Source: Malacoraja senta (Eukaryota). From it: DNA of 64,000 nt. The stretch is from NCBI GenBank assembly GCA_038087875.1, contig CM075997.1, forward strand, positions 1,738,001 to 1,802,000, written 5' to 3'. Positions 24,556-37,690 of the stretch are shown piece after piece (the stretch's first letter is position 1; each line of letters opens with the position of its first letter). The notes below the pieces were generated by a model. It searched no databases. It was not told the DNA's origin and worked only from the letters and a program-made list of their open reading frames with translations. A program made the position numbers and the translations under genes.

Positions 24556-25881
24556 CAAACTGGTCACAGGAGAGCAGACATTTTGCAACCCATGATCTTA
24601 AATGATGGGTCTCCCCCGACTCTCAGCCTGAGGAAGGGTCTCGACCCGGAAACGTCACCCATTCCTTCTCTCCAGAGATGCTGCCCGTCCCGCGGAGTTA
24701 CTCCAGCAGTTTGTGTCTATCTTCGGTTTAAACCAGCACCTGCAGTTTCTTCCTACATCTTAAATTAGACACAAAAAGCTGGAGTAACTCAGCGGGACGG
24801 GCAGCGTCTCTGAATGGAAGGAATGGGTGACGTTTCGGTCGAGACCCTTCTTCAGACTAGTTAGTGAAAAGGGAAACGAGAGATATAGACGATGGTGTAG
24901 AGAGATAAAGAACAATGACTGGAAGATATGCAAAATAGTGACGATGGGCCGTTGTTAGCTGTTTGTTGGGTGAAATTGTTTGTTCAGCTCAGCTGCCCAG
25001 TGAAACTTTGCTCGTTCTTTGCAACATGAGTATTTTTTTAAAAAAGAATCCGTTCCTACTCTGCAAAAGAAGCTGGTATCCTTAAATACAGCTTGAAGCG
25101 ACTGAGAACGAATGAGACATCAAGGTCCCACACGGACCCTCTAATGACATGCAATTTCAATTCAATTATTAGACAGAAAGATATTTAAAAGAGATTGGTC
25201 TGTGCAATCGATGTCCAATTAACAATGCATAGGAGGCATAATGGGATTCTCAATGGCGGAAATGGTTCAATCAGAAGAAGAAAGTCAATGTGATTAATCC
25301 TCTGACACTTTGTGATTTCAGCGACGTTGCTGTCCCACACATCTTCCCGAAATCAGGATTCATTGACACCTGGATTAAGCACTCACCTCACCGCCAGCAC
25401 TCTGCGGGATCGTGTCTCAGTGGGTGTGGGGGAAGGGTCGGGGATAAATGAGAGGCAAGATATGAATGCAAATACTTGCCAGCCGATAAACGCCTCCCAG
25501 CTTAGAGATGCGAGCGCGGAGACGTGGGGGCCCTTCGGCCCGCCTGGCCCGTTCGCGAAAGGACGCAAAGTGCTGCAGTAACTCAGCAGGTCAGGCAGGT
25601 CCCTGGCCAAAAATGTCACCTATCCATGTTTAAGAAGGAACTGCAAATGCGGGAGAATCAAAGGTAGACAATAGTCTGAAGAAGAGTTTGCCTATTTCCT
25701 TCGCTCCATAGATGCTGCCTCACCCGCTGAGTTTCTCCAGGATTTATGTCTACCTGTCACCTATCATGTTCTCCAGAGATGTCCCACCCGACCTGCTAGA
25801 CTCATAGAGTCATACGGTGTGGAAACTGGCCCTTCGGCCCAACCTTTTATGCATAGATGTCCCATCTACACTAGTCCCACC

Positions 25882-26128
25882 TAGAAACATAGAAAACATA
25901 CAAAATAGGTGCAGGAGGAGGACATTCGGGCCCTTCAAGCCAGCACCGCCATTCATTGTGATCATGGCTGATCATCCACAATCAATAACCCGTGCCTGCC
26001 TTCTCCCCATATCCCTTGACTCCACTAGCCCCTAGAGCTCTATCTAACTCTCTTTTAAATTCATCCAGTGAATTGGCCTCCACTGCCCTCTGTGGCAGAG
26101 AATTCCACAAATTCACAACTCTCTGGGT
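25882..26128 (-). mobile_element. CR1 LINE 3' end
   Basis: Same C-terminus and UTR as the other copies. Confidence 0.8.
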
Positions 26129-27152
26129 GATTTTGGCCCATATCCCTCTAAACCTATCCTATCCATATACCTGTCTAATTGTGATGGTACCTGTCTCGCC
26201 ACCCTCTCTGTAAAGAAAAAACTTACCCCACACATGTCCTTTCAACTTTACCCCCTCTCACTTAAATCTGTGCCCTCTAGTATTTGACCTTTCCATCCTG
26301 GCGAAAACACTCCGACTGTCTACCATATCTATACCTCTCTTCATTGTACATGCTTCTATCAGGTCAGCCCTCGATCTCTGACGCTCCAGAGAAAACAATC
26401 CAATTTTCTCCTTCTAGCCAATGCCCTCGAATCCAGGCAGAGTGCTGGCGAGTCTCTTCTGCACCCTCTCCAAAGCTTCCACATCCTACCTGTAATGGGG
26501 CGATCAGAACTGCACATGTCCACTTTTAAGTGTTCCAGTAGGCTGTGCAATCTGTGCACATATTGAGCGTGAGACTGATGGAAGCCACAGAATATGTCCG
26601 TGCAGACATCACCCGTGGTCGGGATCGAACCCGGGTCTCGGGCGCTGCAAGCTCTGTAAGGCAACAACTCTACCGCTGCGCCCCAGTCGAGTGGCACTGA
26701 ACAGGCGTGAAGGGAAAACGTTATCCCCTCCCCCATCAACACCGAAAACCATCGCGGTCTTTTGTCAATTAACAAGCCCTTTGGTTTCCAATCCTCTCCC
26801 TCCAGCGAGATTAATTTCACATCCCCCCCCCCTCCCCCCCCGCCACTGTTGCTCTCTCATTCTGTCCAAGTTCCATCAAATTTCCTGCCTGAGGAATGTT
26901 CCCATCCCATTCCCATTAACACATGGCACATATGTTCCTGGTTTTAGCTCTGTTCCTGTCCAGCTGTTCCACGTATCTCTCATGTGGCTAGGTGCAACTC
27001 AGATGCGATGGAGGCGTTTAACAGGCTTTTAGATAGGCGCATGGATGGAAGCGCGGGAATGGAGGGATATGGATTACGTACAGGCAGATGACACCAGTTT
27101 AACAACACCATGTTCAGCACAAAGATTGTGGCCGAAGGGCCTGTTCCTGCGC

Positions 27153-27425
27153 TTTAGACTTTGAAGATACAGTGTGGAAACACTTCAGCCCACCGAGTCC
27201 ACACCGACCAGTGGTCACCCCCATACACTAACACTACCCTACCCACTAGGGACCATATACGGGTTTTTTTATCGAAGCCAATTAACCAGCAAACCCGCAC
27301 GTCTTTGGAGTGTGAGAGGAAACTGAAACAAAGCGAGAACGTACAAACTCCGTACAGACAGCACCCATAGTCAGGATCGAACCCGGGTCTCTGGCGCTGT
27401 GAGGCAGCAACTGCGCCACCTTGCC
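27153..27425 (-). mobile_element. V-SINE
   Basis: B box and body on the minus strand. Confidence 0.8.
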
Positions 27426-27512
27426 ATCTCTTAACCATTGCTCCACCACTAATGGCTTTGTCCACAGTCTACTGGGTCCTAACCTCCCTAAACCACCCAC
27501 TCCCCCTCTCCA

Positions 27513-27514
<2 letters not shown>

Positions 27515-27551
<37 letters not shown>

Positions 27552-27855
27552 CTCCCCCTCTCCCCCTCTCCCCCTCTCCCCCTCTCCCCCTCTCCCCCTC
27601 CCCCTCTCCCTCCCTCTCTCTCCTCCCCCTCTCCCTCCCCCTCCCCCTCTCTCCTCCCTCTCCCCCCCTCTCTCCCCCCTCTCTCTCCCTCTCCCTCTCC
27701 CTCTCCTCCTCTCATTCCCTCTCTCCTCCACTCACATTCTGTCTCCTTCTCCTTTCTCCCTCTCTCTCCTTCTCTCCCTCTCACTCTCTCCTTCTCCCTC
27801 ATTCACTCCCTGTCGCCTCACTCGCTCATTCACCCTTTCTCTCTCTCTCTCTCGT
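27515..27855. repeat. Polypyrimidine (CT/CCCT) low-complexity tract
   Basis: Direct inspection. Confidence 0.9.
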
Positions 27856-28096
27856 ATCTTTCCCTCACACTCCCCCCCTCACTTGCCAAATGCCCACCTC
27901 TCTCCCTCAGCTCTTGAGGCCTTCCTTTGGCCCGCCTATAAACATATGCCGCAACATATCCTTACATAAACTGTCCCAAGGTTTGATTAATCTTGCTACA
28001 TTAAAATAGAAATATCAGTTACTGCTGCGAGTGAAAAGAGTACGAGAGAGCAAACCTTCACCATGGTTTAGGGTTGTAAACATACTATAGAAAGGA

Positions 28097-28455
28097 TCTT
28101 CTTCTTCTGTCGTGTGTCTATTAGACCTGCAGCTCCGTTGAGGCGAGCCAGGCCAACATGTGTGTCATCGTCCAGGTCAACCAGACCTCGTTCACCATTG
28201 GGTGGCCGGTGTTTGGGGCAACTGGTGACTATGTGCTCCACTGTCTGTGTGTTGGGTCCCCACACTTGCAGGAGGCACTCGCTGTCCACGAGGCCCCCAC
28301 CTCTTCATCGCTACTCCATAGCGTCCTCAAGTGGTTGAGGGTTGTCCACTGCTTTCGTGGCAGGTCCTGGCCAGGGACGTCCATGGGGTCATCGATGTAA
28401 TGGTGTAGCCTAGATGGTTCCGCTGACTTCCACTGGTCTCTCCATCTCGTCTTGA
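28097..28455 (-). mobile_element. Second Ingi/Vingi-like LINE 3' fragment
   Basis: Near-identical reverse complement of ~950-1299, including QTVEHIVTSCPKH and the GACACACGACAGAAGAAGAAG tail. Confidence 0.8.
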
Positions 28456-28516
28456 AAAAAAAAGTATGTCACAGTTTAGTAATGGATGTGAAGGTTTACT
28501 GGATAAAAGACAAAAG

Positions 28517-28817
28517 GCAGCACTGCGGCACAGCAGTAGAGTTGCTGCCTCACAGCGCCAGGGACCCGGGTTCGATCCTGACTACGGGGTGCTGCCTGTG
28601 CGGAGTTTGTACGTTCTCCCCGTGACCTGCGTGGGTTTCCTCCGGTCGCCTCCACACTCCAAAGACGTGCGGGTTTGTAGGTTAATTGTAATTGCTTGGC
28701 AAAATTGTAAATTGTCCCCAGTGTGTGTAGGATAGTGTTGGTGAGCGGGGATCGTTGGCTGGCGTAGACTCGGTGGGCCGAAGGGCCTGTTTCCGTGCTG
28801 TATCTCTAAACTAAACT
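28517..28817 (+). mobile_element. V-SINE
   Basis: B box and tail. Confidence 0.8.
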
Positions 28818-29203
28818 ATGAGTTGGAGTGTTGCCGCAGAGCGTGATAAGTCGAGATAGTTAGAGATTGTAAAACACAGCACAGAAACAGGCCTTCAGCC
28901 CATCAGGTCTGTATCAATCATTAACCACCCATTTACACTAATCTGACATTTATCCCATTTTCTAGTTAATGGGAGATTAAACAGAGATGTTGAAAATCAT
29001 GAGTATGTCTGATGGAGTAATTAAGGACTCGCAGTTTCCAGTTGCAAGAACAAAGGGGGATATAAGTGATAATTTTAACATCGTTATTGTGATTGGAATA
29101 AATTACTCGAAGTATAAGGGAAGAAAATTCATTAGGAACTTTGAAAGCAGAACTGGTTAAAATAAAAACCAATGTTAGACTAACATCAAGTAGACAGTAT
29201 TTG

Positions 29204-29970
29204 TAGGTACACAAAATGCTGGAGAAACTCAGCGGGTGCAGCAGCATCTATGGAGCGAAGGAAATAGGCAACGTTCGGGCCGAAACCCTTCTTCAGACTG
29301 ATAGGGGGTGGGGAGAAGAAAGGAAAAAAGGAAAAAGGCAGAGGAGGAGCCCAAGGGCTGGGGGAGGGGAGGAGACAACCAGAGGGCTGATGAAGGGGAG
29401 GGGACAGCAAGGGCTAGCAGAATTGGGAGAATTCAATGTTCAAGCCCCCAGGATGTAGACTGCCCAAGCGGAATATGAGGTGCATTTCCTCCAATTTACG
29501 GTGTTGCTCGCTGTGGCCATGGAGGAGACCCAGGACAGAGAGGTCAGATACGGAATGGGAGGGGGAGTTGAAGTGCTGAGCCACCGGGAGGTCAGGTTGG
29601 TTATTGCAGACCGACCGGAGGTGTTCGGCGAAACGATTGCCAAGCCTCCGCTTGGTCTCACCGATGTAGGTCAGCTGGCATCTAGAGCAGCGGATGCAAT
29701 AGGTGAGGTTGGAGGAGATGCAGGTGAACCTCTGTCGCACCTGGAACGACTGCTTGGGTCCTTGAATGGAGTAGAGGGGGAGGTGAAGGGACAAGTGTAG
29801 CATCTCTTGCGGTTGCAAGGGAAAGTACCAGGGGAGGGGGTGGTATGGGAGGAAAGGGAAGAAAGGGAGTTACGGAGGGAGCGGTCTTTGCGGAAGGCAG
29901 ACATGGGGGGAGATGGGAAGATGTGGCGAGTGGTGGGGTCACGTTGGAGGTGGCGAAACTGATGGAGGAT
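29204..29970 (-). mobile_element. Penelope-like element (Neptune type): Cys linker, GIY-YIG endonuclease and terminal repeat
   Basis: PCNRKRCYTCP; NLTYCIRCSRCQLTYIGETKRRLGNRFAEHLRSV...PVAQHFN...GLNIEF. Terminal repeat has CTGAAGAAGGGTTTCGGCCCGAA. Confidence 0.9.
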
Positions 29971-30095
29971 CACTGTGTATACAGTATTTGTAGGATGGGT
30001 CAAATGGCCTCCTCTCTTGGCCAATTTCCTTCATCGCCATCCCCTTTGATCTGTGTTTCACACCTCACCCTTCCATATCTCTCCTGACTCTCAGT

Positions 30096-30126
30096 CTGAA
30101 GAAGGGTCTCGACCCGAAACGTCACC
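30096..30126 (+). ncRNA. Minimal type-I hammerhead motif of the Penelope terminal repeat (representative; also ~9848, 31141, 34132, 43598)
   Basis: CTGAAGA core, GGGTC-TC-GACCC stem II, GAAAC-GTC with palindromic ACGT helix III. Confidence 0.65.
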
Positions 30127-30615
30127 CATTCCTTCTCTCCAGGGACGCTCACCTGTCCCGCTGAGTTACTCCAGCATTTTGTGTCTATCTTCGGTGCAAA
30201 CCAACATCTGCAGTTCCTTCCAACACAAAAAAATAAGTAACTGCAGATGCTGGTTTACCAAAAAACAAACAAACAGCGTGCTGGAGTAACTCAGCAGCTC
30301 TGGAGAATGTGGATAGGTGACATTTCAGGTAAGGAGGAATGAGCCTGAAGAAGGGTCTTGACTTGAAAGGTCACCTTTCCATGTTCTCCAGGGCCACTGC
30401 CAGACCTGCTGAGTTACTCCAGCACTTTGTGTCCTGTCTTGTCCAATGTAGAGGCTGATGGGAGGAAAAGTAAATCACTGGAGGTTTCTCTAAGTGAAAG
30501 ACAAAATGCTGGAGGAGTTCAGTTGGTCAGGCAGCACCTGTGGAGCAAAACACACAAAATGCTGGCTAAGTCAAGGGTTGGTTTCAGGTTGGGAGCCTTC
30601 TGAAGACTAAAGACA

Positions 30616-30925
30616 TGGTGGCGCAGCGGTAGAGTTGCTGCCTTACAGTGAATGCAGCGCCGGAGACCCGGGTTCGATCCCGACAACCGGTGCTGTCTGT
30701 ACGGAGTTTGTACGTTCTCCCCGTGACCTGCGTGGGATTTCTCCGAGATCTCTGGTTTCCTCCCACCCTCCAAAGACGTGCAGGTTTGTAGGTTAATTGG
30801 CTTGGTAAATGTAAAAAATGTCTCTAGTGGGTGTAGGATGGTGTTAATGTGCGGGGATCGCTGGTCGGCACGGACCCGGTGGGCCGAAGGGCCAGTTTCC
30901 ACGCTGTATCTCCAAACTAAACTAA
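30616..30925 (+). mobile_element. V-SINE
   Basis: A and B boxes and tail. Confidence 0.85.
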
Positions 30926-31438
30926 GCAACATCTCTGGGGGACATGAAGAGAAAACCTTTTGGGTCAGAATCCTTCTTCAGTCTTCAGTCTTCAGGAGGC
31001 TCCCAACCTGAAACATCTTCCCATGTTCTCCAGAGATGTTGCCAGATCCTCTGTTACTCCAGCACCTTCAGTCTATTTTAGTTTCTGCAGTTCCTGGAGG
31101 TGTAATTTATTTCAGACCTATTCTCACTTCTATTCTGAGTCTGAAGAAGGGTTTCGGCCCGAAACGTTGCCTATTTCCTTCGCTCCATAGATGCTGCTGC
31201 ACCCGCTGAGTTTCTCCAGCATTTTTGTGTACCTTCTCACTTCTAAAGCCTGATCTTAAACTCACCAACTAAATGCGGCAAGGGGTGGCGCAGCGGTAGA
31301 GTTGCTGCCTCACAGACGCCAGAGGCCCGGGTTCGATCCTGACCACAGGTGCTGTCTGTGCGGAGTTTGTACCTTCTCCCGCGTGAGTTTTCTCCGGGCG
31401 CTCCGGTTTCCTCCCACACCCCAAAGACGTGCAGGTTT

Positions 31439-31970
31439 ACATAGATACATAGAAAATAGGTGCAGGAGTAGGCCATTCGGCCCTTCGAGCCTGCACCGCC
31501 ATTCAATATGATCATGGCTGATCATCCAACTCAGTATCCCGTACCTGCCTTCTCTCCATACCCCCTGATCCCTTTAGCCACAAGGGCCACATCTAACTCC
31601 CTCTTAAATATAGCCAATGAACTGGCCTCAACTACCCTCTGTGGCAGAGAGTTCCAGAGATTCACCACTCTCTGTGTGAAAAATGTTTTTCTCATCTCGG
31701 TCTTAAAGGATTTCCCCCTTATCCTTAAGCTGTGACCCCTTGTCCTGGACTTCCCCAACATCGGGAACAATCTTCCTGCATCTAGCCTGTCCAACCCCAT
31801 AAGAATTTTGTACGTTTCTATAAGATCCCCCCTCAATCTCCTAAATTCTAGCGAGTACAAGCCAAGTCCATCCAGTCTTTCTTCATATGAAAGTCCTGAC
31901 ATCCCAGGAATCAGTCTGGTGAACCTTCTCTGCACTCCCTCGATGGCTATAATGTCCATCCTCAGATTTG
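31439..31970 (-). mobile_element. CR1 LINE 3' fragment
   Basis: [24 protein letters not shown]...GYGEKAGTGY. Confidence 0.9.
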
Positions 31971-33531
31971 GATGGGTTTGTGGGTTCATTGGCCTTGACG
32001 TGCGTTGGGAGTGGATGAGGAGGTGCGGTAACTCGTGACACAAAGTGTTGGAATAACTCCCGCACTTTGTGCCTATCTTTGATATAAACCAGCATCTGCA
32101 GTTCCTTCCTGTTACATGGTGTGAACGAACGATCGCTGGTTAGCATGGACTTCGTGGGCTGAAGGGCCTGTTTCCACGCTGTATCTCAAACTTAAAACTA
32201 AACGAAAAATCAAATATTTTTTGATTTTTTAAAAAATTATTTTTCTCTTGCTCTTTTGTGTTTTGTCTCTCTCGCTGTCTGTCTCTCTCCCTCTGTTTCC
32301 TTCCCCCCCCACCCCCCACCTCCACTCACGCTCTCTTTTCCTCCCTCCATCTAGTTTGTTCCTCCTTGTCCCTTTGTTCCCCCTTTCGCCATCTTGCCCT
32401 CTTGCCTTCCCTCCCCGCTCCTGTCTATCCCTCAGCCCCACCCTTCCCTCTAACCAAACACCCTCCCCACCCCCCCACCCCCCACCCCCCCATCCTCCCA
32501 GAACAACTTTTCCTGTCCTTTATTGAGACAAAGGAGGTGGAGTGTTCAATGTCCATGCCTGCCAAAGTAGCATCCTTTGTATGGGCTGCGAGTTGTCTTA
32601 TTCTTATTGTCGCCATGGTTACGGCTATGCATTCCTCAACTCGGCTAAATAATGCGTGGGCATTTTTTTTTCCCTTCACCCAGAGAGGGAGAGAGAGGAG
32701 AGAAAGAGAGGGGGGAGAGAGAGAGAGAGAGGGGGGAGAGAAAAAGAGAGAGAAAAGAGGAACTAATCTGCACCATGCAATGCCTTCTAACTGTTCCTTA
32801 ATCAACGGCCTAATGTTCGACCGTCTAGTTTCTGAAAAGGTTTCGTCAGCTGGGGATTTAGGGCCGAGAGGGTGAAATTTGGAATATCGAGAAAGTTTAA
32901 GGATCTGTAGAGAAAAACTACTGAGCGTTCTTTTGTTCCTGTTGGATGAAAAGCATCCTCGCCCACCTCCCCCTCCTCCCCTCCCTCCCCCCTCCTCTTC
33001 TCTCCCTGGGCCGAAGTTAGTCCTGAATCAATTCCACAAGTCGTTTTGGCGCACAAATTCGACGGGCAGCTCATTCAGCGAAGCCGAACAGCTTTGCAAG
33101 AGGAGGGGGGAGGGGGGTGGGGGTGGGGGTGGAGGTGGTTGGGATGAACGTGATGTCCAGAATCCAAAGATAGACGCAAAAATGCCAGCCCGAAACTCAG
33201 CGGGTCTGGCAGCATTTCTGGAGAAAAAGGAATAGGTGAGGTTTCGGGTCGAGACCCTTCTTCAGACAAGGTCTTAGTTCTCAATCAACCCAACCAACAC
33301 ACAAAGAGGTTTCGGTCCTGACCCGAAACGCAGTCTAATCCATTTCCCTCCACAGATACTGCCTGACCCTCTGAGTTCCTCCAGCCGTCTGCTCTGTTGC
33401 TCAAGATTACTGCCGAGAGTTGTAGATGTGACCCAGTCCATCACACTGACCAGATTTCCCACCATTGACTCATAAGTCATAGGAGCATAGGTCGGCCATT
33501 CGGCCCATCGAGTCGACACCACCATTCAGTC

Positions 33532-33824
33532 AGGGTAAAGAGAAAATCTTTTAGGATTGAGATGAGAAAATCATTTTTTACACAGAGAGTGGTGAATCTG
33601 TGGAATTCTCTGCCACAGAATGTAGTTGAGGCCAGTTCATTGGCTATATTTAAGAGGGAGTTAGATGTGGCCCTTGTGGCTAAAGGGATCAGGGGGTATG
33701 GAGAGAAGGCAGGTACGGGATACTGAGTTGGATGATCAGCCATGATCATATTGAATGGCGGTGCAGGCTCGAAGGGCCGAATGGCCTACTCCTGCACCTA
33801 TTGTCTATGTTTCTATGTTTCTAT
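33532..33824 (+). mobile_element. CR1 LINE 3' end
   Basis: FFTQRVVNLWNSLPQ plus UTR. Confidence 0.85.
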
Positions 33825-35664
33825 TTTTGTTGTCTCAACCCCATTCTCCTGCCTTCTCCCCATAACCTTTGACACTCTTACCAATCAAGTATCTGTCAAT
33901 CGCCACCTTAAAAAAGTAACTCCATCTACACTGCGCATTGTCTTGGAAAGACAGCCAACAAGATCAAAGAGATTTTGCAATTCTTCAATCCTTTTGTCTC
34001 ACACCTATCATTCTCATCTCTGTCCAACCATCTGCCTATCAACCCACCCCCTCACCTGGCCTCACCTGTTACCTGCCACTCTATGTCCTGCCTCTCCTCT
34101 CTTCCAACTTTCAACCCCCTCCACAATCAGTCTGAAGAAGGGTCCCGACCCGAAACGTCACCTATCCATGTTCTCCACAGATGCTGCCTGACCCGCTGAG
34201 TTACTCCAGCGCTCTGTGTTTATCTAAGAAACTGCAGATGCTGTTTTACCAAAGAGGGCCACATGATGCTGGAGTAACTCAGCGGGTCAGGCAGCATCTG
34301 TGGAGAACATGGATAGGTGACGTTTCACAGAGCGCTGGAGTAACTCAGCAGGTCAGGCAGCATCTGTGGAGAACATGGTTGGGTGACGTTTCACAGAGTG
34401 CTGGAGTAACTCAGCATCTCTGGAGAAAAAGGATGGATGACGTTTTGGTTCGAGACTCTTCTCCAGACTGAAACATTACCCATCCTTTTTCTCCAGAGAT
34501 GCTGGCTGACCAGTTGAATTACTCCAACACATTGTGCCTATCTTAGGTATAAAGCAGCATCTGCAGTGCTTTGTTTCTTCGAGGCTTCAAAGGATATGGA
34601 TCTAATGTGGGGAAATGGGACTTTACTGTGTATGAGCAAAATGGTCAGCGTGGAGAACGGCCTGTTCTCCTGCTGTCCAACTCCATTTGGCCCATGACCT
34701 CATCCCTAGTTCCAACAATGGGGCAGTGTAGGTTTCCATTCACTATAGCATAGTCATAGAGTGATACAGTGTGGAAACAGGCCCTTCGGCCCAACTTGCC
34801 CACACCGGCCCACATGTCCCAGCTACAGGTAGTCATAACTGCCAGCATTTGGCCCGTATCCCGCTAAACCTGTCCTATCCATGTACCACGTAGCAGCTTC
34901 CTGGCACTGCTCCCATCCCAAGCAGCAAGTCTGACCTTCGACACCAAGCTAACTTTAATCCCCCCCCCCGCTCATCTTCCCATCTCCAAGACAATCTACA
35001 GCGAGTCTCCGTAATACTGGCCGGTTCTGCCCCTGACCCGGGCACCTTCATCCATCGCCTTTGTTATGTGTCGACTTGACTCTTCCGACACATGTCTGTC
35101 AGGTATCTAACCTCTACCCCACACAAACAAGCCGAGACATAACCTGTGGCCTGCATTTTAACTCACTCCAAGTCTTATATTCATCTGTGACTTATGTGCT
35201 TGAAGGCACTCTGGTTCCATTCTGACAAGCCCTCACTTTAAAAATTCTCATCTTTGTTTTTCACGTTCCCTCATGGACTCACTCTGTGAGACCTCTTCCC
35301 GACCTGCGTCTAGACCTCTCAGCTCTGCCTCTGCTCTTTGATTGCCCCTGCTATTTTCCTCTCTGCCTTCAGCTGCCTGGTAACCAACTCTTAAGTTCTA
35401 TCCCCAAACCTTGCTGCCTGTCTTCCTCCTTTACGATCCTCCTTAAAACCCCCCCTTCCTTTGCCACCTGTTTAATGATGGTCATTCCGCCAGAGGCACG
35501 ACATAAATATTGTTATTCTAGCCACACCAGTCTCCCACAGACAGCATGGACACAGGCCATTCAGCCCAACTTGCCCGTCCCAACCAAGACGGCCATTCTA
35601 CACTCGACCCACATGCCCGCGTTTGCCCCACATCCCTCCAAACCGTACCTATGTGTGTACCTGC

Positions 35665-36073
35665 TTAAGAAGGAACTGCAGATGCTGGAAAATCGAAGGT
35701 AGACAAAAGTGCTGGAGAAACTCAGCGGGTGCAGCAGCATCTATGGAGCGAAGGAAATATAGGCAGCGTTTCGGGCCGAAACCCTGAAGGAAATAGGCAA
35801 CGTTTCAGGCTGAAACCCTGAAGGAAATAGGCAACGTTTCGGGCCGAAACCCTGAAGGAAATAGGCAACGTTTCGGGCCGAAACCCTGAAGGAAATAGGC
35901 AACGTTTTGGGCCGAAACCCTGAAGGAAATAGGCAACGTTTCAGGCCGAAACCCTGAAGGAAATAGGCAACGTTTCGGGACGAAACCCTTCCGGGTTTCG
36001 GCCCGAAACGTTGCCTATTTCCTTCGCTCCATAGATGCTGCTGCACCCGCTGAGTTTCTCCACCACTTTTGTC
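35665..36073. mobile_element. Penelope-derived fold-back element with six 34-bp junction units
   Basis: CTGAAGG recurs at 35784, 35818, 35852, 35886, 35920 and 35954. Inverted arms. Imperfect TSD TACCTATGT(G/A)TGTAC. Confidence 0.85.
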
Positions 36074-36548
36074 TACCTATGTATGTACATGTTCAAATAC
36101 CTTTCAATTGGATTATTTAATGGATACTTTATTGATTTTATTCTAGTGACTATACATTTTGTCATAGGGAACGTTTGTTTACATGCATACCTTAATCCTA
36201 AAGAAAAATGGATGCAGTCTTTATCGACTTTCACAATGAAATACGATTGTTTTTGAACGAGGGGTACAAGATGCTTACCAAAGTTGACGAAGTGGTGCAT
36301 TGGGTATAAAAACGTTGGGAATCACGGGTCTAAAGAGACGGTGAAGCCAGGCAGGGAACGAGTGATGATTCGGAACTTTCTTTTGACCATGTGTTTCCAC
36401 GCTGTATCTCTCAACTAAACTAAACTAAAAAGAAAAGGGGGGAAGAATTGAAAAGAACGCGTGCTTTCGACTTGTTTGAAGATCTTTCTGATGACAACCT
36501 TCCACGCAAAAAGGGGCAGTTTACGAGGGAGCCAAGTCATGAAGTTAG

Positions 36549-36843
36549 CTGAAGAATGGTTTTCGGCCCGAAACGTTGCTTATTTCCTTCAGTGTTTCGG
36601 CCTGAAACGTTGCCTATTTCCTTCAGTGTTTCGGCCTGAAACGTTGCCTATTTCCTTCAGTGTTTCGGCCTGAAACGTTGCCTATTTCCTTCAGTGTTTC
36701 GGCCCGAAACGTTGCCTATTTCCTTCAGTGTTTCGGCCCGAAACGTTGCCTATTTCCTTCAGTGTTTCGGCCCGAAACGTTGCCTATTTCCTTCGCTCCA
36801 TAGATGCTGCTGCACCCGCTGAGTTTCTCCAGCATTTTTGTCA
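36549..36843 (+). mobile_element. Penelope terminal-repeat fragment with ~7 x 34-bp array
   Basis: Repeated GAAACGTTGCCTATTTCCTTCAGTGTTTCGGCC(C/T). Confidence 0.8.
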
Positions 36844-37193
36844 ACCATGAAATTTAGCATTCCTTACTTGCCCATTTATTAGTTGTCTGCCAGACTATTC
36901 AGTCTGCTTCAGATTGCACGATGCACGCAGATTTGATAACCGTTTCCTACCACAGAATCTCATTTCCTTTCAATTTTATAGATTATATCCTGACTAATAT
37001 AAAACTCACGAGTGTGGCAATATGTAAAATGCCAGTCAGAACAGAGGCTGGAGTTTCAACCTGATCTCGCTCGACGAGATGCCGTGTTTCTTCCCGCGAG
37101 CACCTCGTTCCATCACCAACCCCCTGATTACTTGGTGTCAAAAATTAAAGACTTGCAGACGAACAGATTGTGTGGATAGATGGTTTAGAACCA

Positions 37194-37690
37194 TTTGGCT
37201 TATACTCGCTAGAATTTAGGAGATTGAGGGGGGATCTTATAGAAACGTACAAAATTCTTATGGGGTTGGACAGGCTAGATGCAGGAAGATTGTTCCCGAT
37301 GTTGGGGAAGTCCAGGACAAGGGGTCACAGCTTAAGGATAAGGGGGAAATCCTTTAAGACCGAGATGAGGAAAAACTTTTTCACACAGAGAGTGGTGAAT
37401 CTCTGGAACTCTCTGCCACAGAGGGCAGTTGAGGCCAGTTCATTGGCTATATTTAAGAGGGAGCTAGATGTGGCCCTTGTGGCTAAGGGGATCAGGGGGA
37501 TTCGGCACGGACTTGAAGGGCCGAGATGGCCTGCTTCCGTGCTATTATGGTTATATGGGGTATGGAGAGAAGGCAGGTACGGGATACTGAGTTGGATGAT
37601 CAGCTATGATCATATTGAATGGCGGTGCAGGCTCGAAGGGCCGAATGGCCTACTCCTGCACCTATTTTCTATGTATCTATGTATCTATGT
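37194..37690 (+). mobile_element. CR1 LINE 3' fragment with a nested tail of another CR1 subfamily (~37499-37556)
   Basis: GLYSLEFRRLRGDLIETYK...; the insert GCACGGACTTGAAGGGCCGAGATGGCC resembles the tail at ~18900-18960. Confidence 0.85.

Noticed and set aside
32425..32805. 126-aa ORF as a host exon
   Set aside because: It crosses low-complexity tracts, has no recognisable domain and lacks a convincing splice-site pair.
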